Source: a candidate division FCPU426 bacterium
GTDB lineage: Bacteria; Oederibacteriota; PGYV01; Palsa-1178
Length of the DNA stretch: 63,982 nucleotides
Assembly: GCA_003167475.1 (NCBI GenBank)
Contig: PMTB01000064.1
Coordinates: forward strand, 1-63,982
Direction of reading: 5' to 3'
Each line of letters opens with the position of its first letter. The stretch's first letter is position 1. Below the pieces are notes generated by a model. It saw only the letters and a program-made list of their open reading frames with translations, was not told the origin of the DNA and searched no databases. The position numbers and the translations under genes are program-made. Positions 8,214 to 17,145 of the stretch are shown piece after piece.

Positions 8214-9710
8214 TTATTCATACAAAACAAGCGTTTCGCCAAAAAATGTCTGGCTTTTAACCATAGTCTTGGCGGCGTTTAATTTTTCAATTATCCTCTT
8301 GAGCGGGGCATAAAAAGCTTCCCGGGCCGTAAAAACCAGCAGGACCCTTTTTCCGTTCCCGGTTATCAGGTCATAGTATTTTTTTTCAATTTCAGCCGTC
8401 TTCTTTTCACCGAACTTTTCCCATTGCCGGGAATTGATTGATTCCATGATATTAGGGTAATACACAAACACCGCGCGGCTTTTATATTTATAAAGGTCCA
8501 GATAGTAGTGTATGGGCCTCTTCATCTCGCCGTATATTGCCACCGTATCCGCCTGGGGCGCGTCATACATGACAAGTTTTGCCATGTTCCTCTCATTATA
8601 AAAATCAACCTGCACGAACGGATAGACCATTATATAATTGTAAACCGTGAAGAACGCGAAGACCGCGTAAAAAAACGGCCTGTAGGATATTGAACACAGG
8701 TAACCTGCCATGAGCAGTGCGAACGGCGCGGCTGCGATTATGGGCCCCCTATCCGGCATGTAAATGGGCTTGATAAATGATATCAGGTATGGAACCACCA
8801 GGGACGCAAACAATATGATCATGAGGAATTCGAGCAGATTGCCGTTTATATTCTGCCTGCGTTGCAGGTATTTTCCCATTAAAACACCCGCAATAACCGG
8901 CAGGCTGAAGAAAAACAGTATGACGTGAAATTTTGTGAAGGTATATACCTGCAGTGTCCTTACCAAAACGTTTCCGTTATATACCATAAAATCACTGGCA
9001 TGATTCTGTAATTGCGAATACAGGGCTCCGCCCCAAACGGCAAAAAACGGCAGGTAGGAAGCTGCAAAAACAGTCAGGTCCCGCAGACCCATGCCTTTTT
9101 TCCTTTTTAAATGGTAAATAACCTGCGCGAACCCGGCGAAAAAAAACCAGATATGGGTCAGGGTTCCCGTTACATTCACAATTATAAAAAGCGCGGCAAG
9201 GAACCGGCTCTTATTTTCCATGATAAATATCTCATAAAACAGCCAAAGGGAAGCCACGCATAAGAAAGCCAGCATGCTGTAAGGCCTGGCAAGGCCGGCC
9301 TCGAACGTATTGATCCACATAAGCAGGTAAAAAACAGCGGATACAAAAGCCGGCCCATACCCTGAAAAGATACGCTTTCCGAAAAGGTAAACAAGGACGA
9401 CCGCCAGCAGGTATATGATTATCCCCGGCAATCTCAGGGCTGTTTCACCAAAACCGGAAAAAGTTGTCCAGGCTTTCATGAAAAAATAATAAGCGGGAAG
9501 GTTGTTTCCGCCGGCGAGCATGTCCGTGATATTTCCCGGCACCAATTTAACAAAATCAACGGTGCAGGCTTCGTCGTAACAAATGGATTTGCCTATCCGC
9601 GGCAGGGTAAGTGCCAGTCCGGCGCATATGAGGACGGCCATTAATACTGCATCGGGCCATTTGAGCTTCAAGGCACATTTTCCTTTCCGCTTGGATTTCA
9701 TGCAAAGCAA
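8214..9710 (-). CDS. GT-C fold membrane glycosyltransferase (ArnT/PMT family 39/83-like)
   Basis: About 12 predicted TM helices and a DE-containing first loop (YDEACT). The start may be the internal Met at 9701. Confidence 0.55.
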   Translation of the reverse strand: MLCMKSKRKGKCALKLKWPDAVLMAVLICAGLALTLPRIGKSICYDEACTVDFVKLVPGNITDMLAGGNNLPAYYFFMKAWTTFSGFGETALRLPGIIIYLLAVVLVYLFGKRIFSGYGPAFVSAVFYLLMWINTFEAGLARPYSMLAFLCVASLWLFYEIFIMENKSRFLAALFIIVNVTGTLTHIWFFFAGFAQVIYHLKRKKGMGLRDLTVFAASYLPFFAVWGGALYSQLQNHASDFMVYNGNVLVRTLQVYTFTKFHVILFFFSLPVIAGVLMGKYLQRRQNINGNLLEFLMIILFASLVVPYLISFIKPIYMPDRGPIIAAAPFALLMAGYLCSISYRPFFYAVFAFFTVYNYIMVYPFVQVDFYNERNMAKLVMYDAPQADTVAIYGEMKRPIHYYLDLYKYKSRAVFVYYPNIMESINSRQWEKFGEKKTAEIEKKYYDLITGNGKRVLLVFTAREAFYAPLKRIIEKLNAAKTMVKSQTFFGETLVLYE

Positions 9711-9746
9711 CGGTTTTTGGTTTGGCCCCTGGACAAACGCTAATTT

Positions 9747-11558
9747 TTAAGCGTTTGCCGGCTTGTTCTTCTCCAGCACGTCAAGTTCCGCCACAAGTTT
9801 TTCCAGGTCTTTGTACCCCTTATCAAGCTCCTGCTGGTGTTTATGTATCTCTATTTGCATGGCCTGGATATCCGGCCCGCTTGATTTGCCGGCATCCTCG
9901 GCTATTTTTAAATTCAGTTTTTCAAGCAATGCTTCCGCTTCGTCAATCAGGTTTTCCGTTTCTGCTATCTTATCCTCTGTTTTCTTTCTCTGCTTTTTAT
10001 AGTTCGCCGCCGCCGCCTGGGGGTTTACCCTTTTGACCAGCACGGCATCCTTGTCTTTCCTGGGTTTTTTAGCTTCCGGTTCCCAGCCTACCCTGTCAAG
10101 GAAGTCCTGATATGAGCCCTCAAATACAAATGCCTTGTCCTCGTTGAACACTATGAGCCTGTTGGCCAGATGGTGCAGAAACATTTCCGAGTGGGTAACT
10201 ATTACAACCGCGCCGGGAAAATTATCAAGCGCCACGATCATGGAATCGCATGATTCCATGTCCAGATGGTTTGTAGGCTCGTCCAGAAGCAGGAGGTTTG
10301 CCGGATTTAGAAGTATTTTGCCGAGCGATACGCGGCTTTTTTCCCCGCCGGATAATACCGATACAAGTTTCAGGGCGTTATCTCCGGAAAACATCATAGC
10401 GCCGCATACCCTGCGTATGTCGGTATAAGCCATCTCGGGGCGCACCTGCTGCAGTTCCTTATCAACCGTAAGGTTCGGGTTCAAACGCTCTATGTTTGTC
10501 TGCCCGAAATATCCCATTGAACACTGGGGGTGTTTATATACCCTTCCTGTTTTTGTTTCAATCTCGCCCGCCATGAGCTTAAGCAATGTTGATTTTCCTT
10601 TGCCGTTCTTTCCTATCACGCAGATCCTGTCGTCCTTGCCTATGTCTATCGAAAGATTTTCAAAAAGTATCCTGTCCGGCGTATAACCAAAAGAAACATT
10701 TTCAAGTTTCATGGGATAATGCGCCTCAAATGGGGCCGCGTTGAATTTAAACCCCAGTTCGGCTTCTTTCGCAAGTTCTTCCCTTTTTCCCATTTTAGCC
10801 AGCGCTTTGACCCTGGACTGGACAAGCGTTGCCCGCGCGGCCAAAGCTCGGAAACGGTTTATGAATTCCTCTGTCTCTTTTCGGATCTTTTCGTCCTTCA
10901 GCCTTGTCTTCTCATATACTTCCTCTTCCACTGCTATCTGCTCGAAAAGTTTTATGGTGTCGCCCTCAATTTTTTTTATTTTTTTTCGGTGTATCGCCAT
11001 GGTATGGGTGGTGATGGCGTTCATAAAATCACGGTCATGGGTTATTATCATAAGCTCGTTTTCCCTGCGCTGCAGGAACCTGGTGAGCCATTTGAGCGAA
11101 ACAATGTCCATATAGTTTGTCGGTTCGTCCAGGAGCAGCAGGTGCGGCTCCCCGAGCAGCACTTTTGCCAGGTTCAACCTCACCTGAAATCCGCCGGAGA
11201 ATTCAATCGGGGATTTATTTAGTTCCTCTTCCGTGAACCCGAGGCCGGCGAGTATTTTCTCAGCTTTCCATACCTGGTCTTTTTCTTCCTCCTGCAGGCC
11301 GAGGCAGGCCTCTTCCAGGAGCGTAGGCTGGGTGAATTTCAGGTGCTGCTTTAAATAGCCTATTGTGTAATTGTTGGGTATAAGTATGCGCCCCTCGTCC
11401 GGATGAAGTTCCCCGGTCAGGATCTTGAAAAGTGTGGTCTTTCCCGACCCATTGCGGCCGACAAGCCCTATACGCTCTCCCGCGTGTATATTGAAGCTGA
11501 TGTCATTTAAAACTTCCTGCCCTGAAAATGAAATTGATAAATTATTTATCTGTAACAT
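9747..11558 (-). CDS. ABC-F family ATPase (two ABC domains, C-terminal coiled coil)
   Basis: Two Walker A motifs (GRNGSGKTT, GKNGKGKST), two LSGG signatures and no TM domain. Confidence 0.9.
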   Translation of the reverse strand: MLQINNLSISFSGQEVLNDISFNIHAGERIGLVGRNGSGKTTLFKILTGELHPDEGRILIPNNYTIGYLKQHLKFTQPTLLEEACLGLQEEEKDQVWKAEKILAGLGFTEEELNKSPIEFSGGFQVRLNLAKVLLGEPHLLLLDEPTNYMDIVSLKWLTRFLQRRENELMIITHDRDFMNAITTHTMAIHRKKIKKIEGDTIKLFEQIAVEEEVYEKTRLKDEKIRKETEEFINRFRALAARATLVQSRVKALAKMGKREELAKEAELGFKFNAAPFEAHYPMKLENVSFGYTPDRILFENLSIDIGKDDRICVIGKNGKGKSTLLKLMAGEIETKTGRVYKHPQCSMGYFGQTNIERLNPNLTVDKELQQVRPEMAYTDIRRVCGAMMFSGDNALKLVSVLSGGEKSRVSLGKILLNPANLLLLDEPTNHLDMESCDSMIVALDNFPGAVVIVTHSEMFLHHLANRLIVFNEDKAFVFEGSYQDFLDRVGWEPEAKKPRKDKDAVLVKRVNPQAAAANYKKQRKKTEDKIAETENLIDEAEALLEKLNLKIAEDAGKSSGPDIQAMQIEIHKHQQELDKGYKDLEKLVAELDVLEKNKPANA

Positions 11559-11689
11559 ATGCCATCCTTTACATTATGGTTTTAAGTCAGAACATCTGGT
11601 GGAGTTATGACTTTGCTTCAGGGTTTAATTATACGCCTTTTGCCGTTTGAAGGTCAAGGTTTTTGTTACGGTTGAGTATATACTGAAGA

Positions 11690-11777
11690 GTTTAAGAGAC
11701 AAGAGACTGGAGCCTGGAATTAAAACGCTGCTTTTTAAGGCGTATTACTTTAGGCTCCAGTCTCTTGTCTCTTAAAC
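11690..11777. repeat. long hairpin: perfect 26-bp stem, 36-nt loop
   Basis: 11690-11715 (GTTTAAGAGACAAGAGACTGGAGCCT) is the exact reverse complement of 11752-11777. Confidence 0.85.
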
Positions 11778-11799
11778 TCCTCAACGTTCTTAAACCCCC

Positions 11800-11828
11800 T
11801 TGCATTTTCTCCCTTTATTTCTTATAAT
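11800..11828 (+). promoter_or_regulatory. sigma70-type promoter (TTGCAT-17-TATAAT)
   Basis: TTGCAT at 11800-11805, 17-nt spacer, TATAAT at 11823-11828, about 34 nt upstream of the ATG at 11862. Confidence 0.55.
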
Positions 11829-11861
11829 ACACTCACCAAAACATTGAAACGGGGTGGCTTT

Positions 11862-12254
11862 ATGGCTGACAAACAGGAAGACAACATAGACCTTATAAAC
11901 CTTATACTTATGCTCAATCAGAATGCCCTTATTTCCCTTGGCGAAGCTTCGCGTTTTGCCGGCGGAAAAAAATCCGAGAACCTTCCGCATGCCAGGCAGA
12001 CCGTAAATATGATAAAAGCCGTTCAGGAAAGAACCAAAAATAACCTTACCCCGGGCGAAACAAAACTTTTATTCAGGATCCTTGGCGACCTTCAGGCCAA
12101 GTACGTAAAAGCCGCCGGCCTCGACAAGCCGGGCGAGGTCAAATCCTCAAACCCCAGAAAAGACAAGCTTGACGCGGCCCTCGACAAACTTTCCAGTTCC
12201 GACCTCGCTAAAATACTCTCGGACCTGGGAAAAAAAGATGCGGGAAATAAGTAA
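11862..12254 (+). CDS. DUF1844-like protein
   Basis: The N-terminal pattern LINLILMLNQNALISLGE is typical of DUF1844. The start is placed after the predicted promoter. Confidence 0.6.
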   Translation: MADKQEDNIDLINLILMLNQNALISLGEASRFAGGKKSENLPHARQTVNMIKAVQERTKNNLTPGETKLLFRILGDLQAKYVKAAGLDKPGEVKSSNPRKDKLDAALDKLSSSDLAKILSDLGKKDAGNK

Positions 12255-12738
12255 CATATCAAAGATAGGGGTGATTTCCGACACACATTTGAATGAATTT
12301 TCCGGCCCGCTGCCGCCCGCTGTCATGGAACACTTTAAGAATACCGGCCTAATCATCCATTGCGGCGATATTGTTTCGCAGGATGTATTAACGTCACTTG
12401 GGACGCTTGCGCCCGTGATCGCGGTGAAGGGTAATATGGACCCCCCGGGGCTTTCCTTACCGCTTTCCGAAATGATACTCGTAAATAAAACGCATGTCAT
12501 CTGCGTTTCCCACGGGAACGGTTCGCCTTTCGGGATAAAACAAAAACTTTATAAGGAATTTATCCGGTACAAACCGTCAATTATTTTATACGGCCACACC
12601 CACATAGCAGGCGAATGCGGGTATAACGGGATAAGGTTTTTTAATCCCGGGAGCCCGTGTTCGCGTGCCGAATATTTTTCCGTGGGCATGATAAATATTT
12701 ACGGCAATGAATTAAAAACACATGTTATAGTTATCTAA
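12238..12738 (+). CDS. YfcE/MJ0936-family metallophosphoesterase
   Basis: Motifs GVISDTH, HCGD, KGNMD and GHTH. The ATG at 12238 overlaps the upstream stop. Confidence 0.8.
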   Translation: MREISNISKIGVISDTHLNEFSGPLPPAVMEHFKNTGLIIHCGDIVSQDVLTSLGTLAPVIAVKGNMDPPGLSLPLSEMILVNKTHVICVSHGNGSPFGIKQKLYKEFIRYKPSIILYGHTHIAGECGYNGIRFFNPGSPCSRAEYFSVGMINIYGNELKTHVIVI

Positions 12739-12850
12739 CTCTAGTATTTTATTGTGCATTATTGTATTTTATATATATTTCATCCTATAATAACGCAACA
12801 AAATAAGGCAGTTTATAGTGTTAACATAATGTTAATAACTGTTGATAAAA

Positions 12851-12859
12851 TGTGGATAA
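12851..12859 (-). promoter_or_regulatory. perfect DnaA box (TGTGGATAA = TTATCCACA on the minus strand)
   Basis: Exact 9-mer in an AT-rich convergent intergenic region. A one-mismatch box (TGTTGATAA) sits at 12840-12848. Confidence 0.6.
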
Positions 12860-12901
12860 CTATAGGAATTACAGAAATTACCATATTTTATTGGATAAAT
12901 A

Positions 12902-14134
12902 CTATGCGTCAACCCTGAGTATGGTTAACTCCTCAAGCTTTTCCTTTGAACTTATTTCCAGTATGAATTCGCCGTATTGTTTTGTATAAACATGCTCCAC
13001 ATTATCAAGGCTTTTTATTCCCGTTACCTGAACGCTGAATTTTTTCCATGAAGGCGTGAGGACCCGCAGCACATCCCCGATCCTCATGGTATTCTTTACA
13101 TCTACAACAGCGCTGTAGCGGTCTTCGCGGAGCTGCTTTCCGGGCGTTTTTAAATATCCGGCGTATTTGCTCCGGGCGGTATTGCCGGAGGATACAAAAT
13201 TCTGGGTTATGCCCTTATCGGGAAAATAAAAGGAATCCGTAAATTCCCTGTGGGATACTTTCAGCAGTTCTTCATAAAGCGAATTATCCGGTTTATAATC
13301 GGAAGGGTTTGCCATGTACTGCGTTACGGCTTTTTTATACACCCCGGCGGTGACGGCAGCGTAATGCGGGCTCTTCATCCTGCCTTCGATCTTAAAGCTG
13401 TCGATCCCTATCTCAATGAACTTATGCAGGTCAAAAAACGCGCAAAGGTCCTTGGAATTGAAAAAATAAGCGCCTCTTTTATCCTCTTCGACCGTAAAGA
13501 ATTCCCCGGGCCTTTTTTCTTCCTCAAGCCTGTATTTCCACCTGCAACCCTGTGAACATTCGCCGTGATTCGCGTCCCTGCCCGTCATATATTGGCTGAT
13601 AAGGCATCTTCCCGAGTAGGACACACAGATGGCCCCGTGCACAAATATCTCCAGTTCCATGTCCGGGCACTTTTCCCTTATTGTTCTTATGTCCTCAAAA
13701 GGCAGTTCCCTGGCGAGTATTATCCTGGAGGCCCCCATTTTCTGCCATTGCCTTACGGCCGCGTAATTAAGGTTGTTCGCCTGGACGGAAATATGCACAG
13801 GGACATCAGGCGCTTTTTCAACGGCTAAAGACATGGCCCCAAGGTCGGATATTATTATACCGTCGGGTTTTATGGAGTTTAAGAATGAAAAATATTCTTC
13901 CATGGGCGCTATATCGCTGTTATATGGAAAAATGTTTGCAGTGATGTATATTTTTTTTCCAATATTGTGGGCTATGGATACGGCTTTAATAAGTTCCCCG
14001 TCGGAGAAGTTGCCGGCTGATTCCCTTAAGCCAAAGTTCCTGCCCGCGGCGTAAACTGCGTCAGCCCCGTATGAGTAGGCGAAGAGGAGTTTTTCCATAT
14101 TCCCGGCAGGGGAGAGGATTTCCGGTATTTTCAT
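12902..14134 (-). CDS. U32-family peptidase-like protein (YegQ/TrhP-type)
   Basis: N-terminus EILSPAGNMEKLLFAYSYGADAVY. Conserved Cys cluster region (ECSQGCRW). Confidence 0.8.
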   Translation of the reverse strand: MKIPEILSPAGNMEKLLFAYSYGADAVYAAGRNFGLRESAGNFSDGELIKAVSIAHNIGKKIYITANIFPYNSDIAPMEEYFSFLNSIKPDGIIISDLGAMSLAVEKAPDVPVHISVQANNLNYAAVRQWQKMGASRIILARELPFEDIRTIREKCPDMELEIFVHGAICVSYSGRCLISQYMTGRDANHGECSQGCRWKYRLEEEKRPGEFFTVEEDKRGAYFFNSKDLCAFFDLHKFIEIGIDSFKIEGRMKSPHYAAVTAGVYKKAVTQYMANPSDYKPDNSLYEELLKVSHREFTDSFYFPDKGITQNFVSSGNTARSKYAGYLKTPGKQLREDRYSAVVDVKNTMRIGDVLRVLTPSWKKFSVQVTGIKSLDNVEHVYTKQYGEFILEISSKEKLEELTILRVDA

Positions 14135-14752
14135 CTATATTTCTTTTCTTTCGACTATGGCCTGCCCGAGCGTTATCTCGTCGGCATACCTTATGTCGGA
14201 ACCTGTGGGAAGCCCCTTCGCAAGCCTTGATATTTTCATTTCATACCCCAGGTCCTTTGCCATGGCGGAAATATACAGTGACGTTGCGTCGCCTTCGACC
14301 GAATGATTTATGGCGAGTATTATTTCCTTTATGGCACCGCCCCTGCTTTTGATCCTTTCAAGCATTTCTTTTATCCTTAAATTGTCCGGAAGCATGTTGT
14401 TGAGCGGGTTGATCAGGCCCTGAAGCACGTGGTAATAACCCTTAAATTTTCCCGTCCTCTCCACGGTGATCACTTCTTCCGCGGATTCGACCACGCACAT
14501 TATCTGCCCGTCGCGCTCCTTATCCGCGCATATGGGGCATATTTCAAAATCGCTCACATTGAAACATTCCCTGCAGAAGGTGAGTTCTTTGGATTCCTGG
14601 AGTACGGACGCGAAGTTATCTATATACTCGTTCTCATTTTTATCTTTTTTTATTATATGCAGCCCTATTCGCTCGGCCATCTTGGGCCCCACGCCGGGGA
14701 GCTTGGATACTTCGTTGATAAGTTTTAAAAGTTTGTGCGGATAATTATACAA
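14135..14752 (-). CDS. recR: recombination protein RecR
   Basis: HhH (LPGVGPKMAERI), a C4 zinc finger (CxxC...CxxC) and a Toprim domain. Confidence 0.92.
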   Translation of the reverse strand: MYNYPHKLLKLINEVSKLPGVGPKMAERIGLHIIKKDKNENEYIDNFASVLQESKELTFCRECFNVSDFEICPICADKERDGQIMCVVESAEEVITVERTGKFKGYYHVLQGLINPLNNMLPDNLRIKEMLERIKSRGGAIKEIILAINHSVEGDATSLYISAMAKDLGYEMKISRLAKGLPTGSDIRYADEITLGQAIVERKEI

Positions 14753-14760
14753 TTTTTTTC

Positions 14761-15096
14761 CTAAAATAACCCGGGCATATTAAGACCCATTCCGCCGGCT
14801 ATTTTTTTTGATTCAGCGTCGACTGTTTCCTGAGCCTTGTTCAAAGCCTCGTTCACAGCCGCCGTTACCAGGTCCTGCAGCATGTCCACGTCTCCCGAAC
14901 CCACGAGTTCCTTGTCTATTTTGATGGACAGCACCTGTTTTGCGCCGTTGGCCCTTACTGAAACAGCGCCGCCGCCCGATGAAGCTTCCACTTCCTTTTT
15001 CTTGAGTTCTTCCTGCATAACGGCGAATTCCTGCTGCATCTTTTGCGCCTTTTTCAGCATTTCATTGATATTTCCCATATTGCCCATGCCTCTCAT
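14761..15096 (-). CDS. ybaB: YbaB/EbfC nucleoid-associated protein
   Basis: 111 aa with MLKKAQKMQ...ELKK...SGGGAV, in the conserved dnaX-ybaB-recR order. Confidence 0.9.
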   Translation of the reverse strand: MRGMGNMGNINEMLKKAQKMQQEFAVMQEELKKKEVEASSGGGAVSVRANGAKQVLSIKIDKELVGSGDVDMLQDLVTAAVNEALNKAQETVDAESKKIAGGMGLNMPGLF

Positions 15097-15119
15097 AAAC
15101 CCTCCCTGGATGACCGCAT

Positions 15120-16805
15120 TTATTTTCCGGTTTTCTTTACTTCAACGCTTGAAAATTTGAATATCTTGGAAAGTTCCCTTACAGTGGGGTTGTTTTTCGC
15201 CTCTTCTGCGTCGACATCCCTGTTTGCCCTGTTCTTCGAGTTATACTCGTTCTTTTCAAATATATTTATGCTGAAATCCTTTTTGAATTCCTCCTTCAGC
15301 GCTTCCCTGATGACCTCGGATTGTTTTTTTATCTTATCGGTGAAAAATTTGTTCTCGCCCGTAATGAGCAAAACAGGCTCTTCATATGATACGACACCCG
15401 CGGTTTCCATGGCTGTAGCCAGGTCATCCTCTTTTTTTGTCCTGATCCTTTCTGTTATGGTGGGCCAGTGTTTTTCAATGATATCCTTTGTTATTGTTTT
15501 TATCTCTTCTTCCTCCTGGATCTCGTCAATTATCATCATTCCGGGCGCTCCCGCCGCTTCATTTTCATCTCCCATCAACTCCATGGGTTCCGGATCAACC
15601 GGGGCTTTAACCGCCGGTTTTGTCTGTTCCGCATTTTTAACCGGCATGGCGGGCTTTTCCTGTTTCTTTATCGTTGGCTGCTCGATAAGGCTTTCTCCGG
15701 CCGGCGTATCGCCGAGATAAAATATAAGGTCCGCGGCAAAAGATTCAAGAACTATCCCCGGCAGGCTTGACTTGGTGACGTTGTATTCGGTATCAAGGGA
15801 TTTTTGCAGCATGTAAAGAATTTCTTTCCTTCCAAGGGAAGCCCCGGCTTTTTTTAAAAATTCATACTGGTCTTCGCTGGCTTCAACCATGGATTTGTCA
15901 TCAACTGTCTTTATAAACAGAATATTGCGGAAAGCCTCTATGACGTTCGCCATGAGGTGCTGCAGGTTGTAACCCCTGTCAAATACGGCCTCAAGAACGT
16001 TCATTACGGCTTTGACGTCCTTTCTTACAACGCCCGCTATAAAACCGTTGAGTATATCCGCGTCTATTTCCCCGAGCATCTCGCTTGATAGCGCGTCTGT
16101 TATTTTTTCCCCCATGGCATATGTCACAAGCTGGTCAAATATCCTCTGTGCGTCGCGCAGAGCGCCGTCGGCGGCCTTAGCGACGGTGTAGTACGCTTTT
16201 TCCTCGCACTCGATCTTTTCCTTGACGGCGATATCCTTCAGGTTGTGCACTATCAGGTCTATGGGCATCCTTTTGAACCTGAAATGCTGGCAGCGGGAAA
16301 GTATTGTCTGCGGTATTTCCTCCGGCTCTGTCGTGGCAAATATGAATATGACATGGCTGGGCGGCTCTTCAAGGGTTTTTAAAAGCGCGTTGAACGCCGA
16401 AGTGGAAAGCATGTGCACTTCGTCTATGATGTAGACCTTATATTTGGAGCTTGCCGCGGACAATCCCACGCGCTCCCTTAAGTCCCTTATGTTATCCACT
16501 CCGGTGTTCGAAGCTCCGTCTATTTCGGTAACATCAAGCGCGGTACCGTTGGTTATCTCAACGCAGGCCGGGCACACGTTGCACGGGGTGGTAGTGGGGC
16601 CGTTCACGCAGTTCAGGGCCTTGGCAAAAACCCTGGCTGTAGTGGTTTTCCCGACTCCCCTGGGCCCGGAAAATACGTATGCGTGCATTATCCGTTTAAG
16701 CTCTATGGCCCTTTTTAAAGGTTCTGTCACCTGTGACTGCCCTATTATCTCGTCAAAAGACTGGGGCCTCCACTTTCTCGCGAATACAAGGTAATTATTT
16801 TCCAT
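15120..16805 (-). CDS. dnaX: DNA polymerase III subunit gamma/tau
   Basis: AAA+ clamp-loader motifs (GPRGVGKTT, a Cys4 Zn module, IIDEVHMLS, SRC). Confidence 0.93.
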   Translation of the reverse strand: MENNYLVFARKWRPQSFDEIIGQSQVTEPLKRAIELKRIMHAYVFSGPRGVGKTTTARVFAKALNCVNGPTTTPCNVCPACVEITNGTALDVTEIDGASNTGVDNIRDLRERVGLSAASSKYKVYIIDEVHMLSTSAFNALLKTLEEPPSHVIFIFATTEPEEIPQTILSRCQHFRFKRMPIDLIVHNLKDIAVKEKIECEEKAYYTVAKAADGALRDAQRIFDQLVTYAMGEKITDALSSEMLGEIDADILNGFIAGVVRKDVKAVMNVLEAVFDRGYNLQHLMANVIEAFRNILFIKTVDDKSMVEASEDQYEFLKKAGASLGRKEILYMLQKSLDTEYNVTKSSLPGIVLESFAADLIFYLGDTPAGESLIEQPTIKKQEKPAMPVKNAEQTKPAVKAPVDPEPMELMGDENEAAGAPGMMIIDEIQEEEEIKTITKDIIEKHWPTITERIRTKKEDDLATAMETAGVVSYEEPVLLITGENKFFTDKIKKQSEVIREALKEEFKKDFSINIFEKNEYNSKNRANRDVDAEEAKNNPTVRELSKIFKFSSVEVKKTGK

Positions 16806-16840
16806 TATGGTTTCATTGTCTCCATTGGTATTTTTTGTCT

Positions 16841-17114
16841 GCCATACCGGACCCCTCTTCGAACAAATCTCCCGGGCTTAAAGGTAAGGTTTAAAGCTCC
16901 GGCCAGGCTGACCTGTAACACCTCTTAAAAGCCTCTTACCGCTGCTTCCTTCCGGATCTGACGGGGTTCAAGAATTAAGAGTGCACAAGACCCGGCTTTC
17001 AACGCCAAAAACCAGTCTTTTCGTACCGGGAAAATGCCCTCGGAAGAGCCACTCGGCCCGGCTAAAGCGGATTGCCGGTACAGGGCACCGCTAGCTCCCC
17101 GCCTGAGGTATGGC
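16841..17114 (-). ncRNA. ffs: signal recognition particle RNA, long (Bacillus-type) form with Alu domain
   Basis: The minus strand reads GUCAGAUCCGGAAGGAAGCAGC (domain IV). It also reads AGCGGUGCCCUGUACCGGCAAUCCGCUUUAGCCGGGCCGAG (Alu domain, close to B. subtilis scRNA). The 5' GCCAUACC pairs with the 3' GGUAUGGC. Canonical position upstream of dnaX. Confidence 0.9.
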
Positions 17115-17145
17115 AAACATAATATTTATGTCAATTACCCGCTTT

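Noticed and set aside
7873-8313. 146-aa plus-strand ORF.
   Set aside because: It is antisense to the FliG-like gene and to the GT-C gene end. The translation is low-complexity and there is no RBS.
9722-10036. 104-aa plus-strand ORF at the ABC-F 3' end.
   Set aside because: It is antisense to the ABC-F coiled-coil tail. The Pro-rich translation is not plausible, and there is no RBS.
15043-15720. 225-aa plus-strand ORF opposite dnaX/ybaB.
   Set aside because: It is a shadow ORF with a Ser/Phe-rich translation.
16925-17116. 63-aa ORF between dnaX and the membrane protein.
   Set aside because: It lies entirely within the SRP RNA gene, and the RNA explanation is much stronger.
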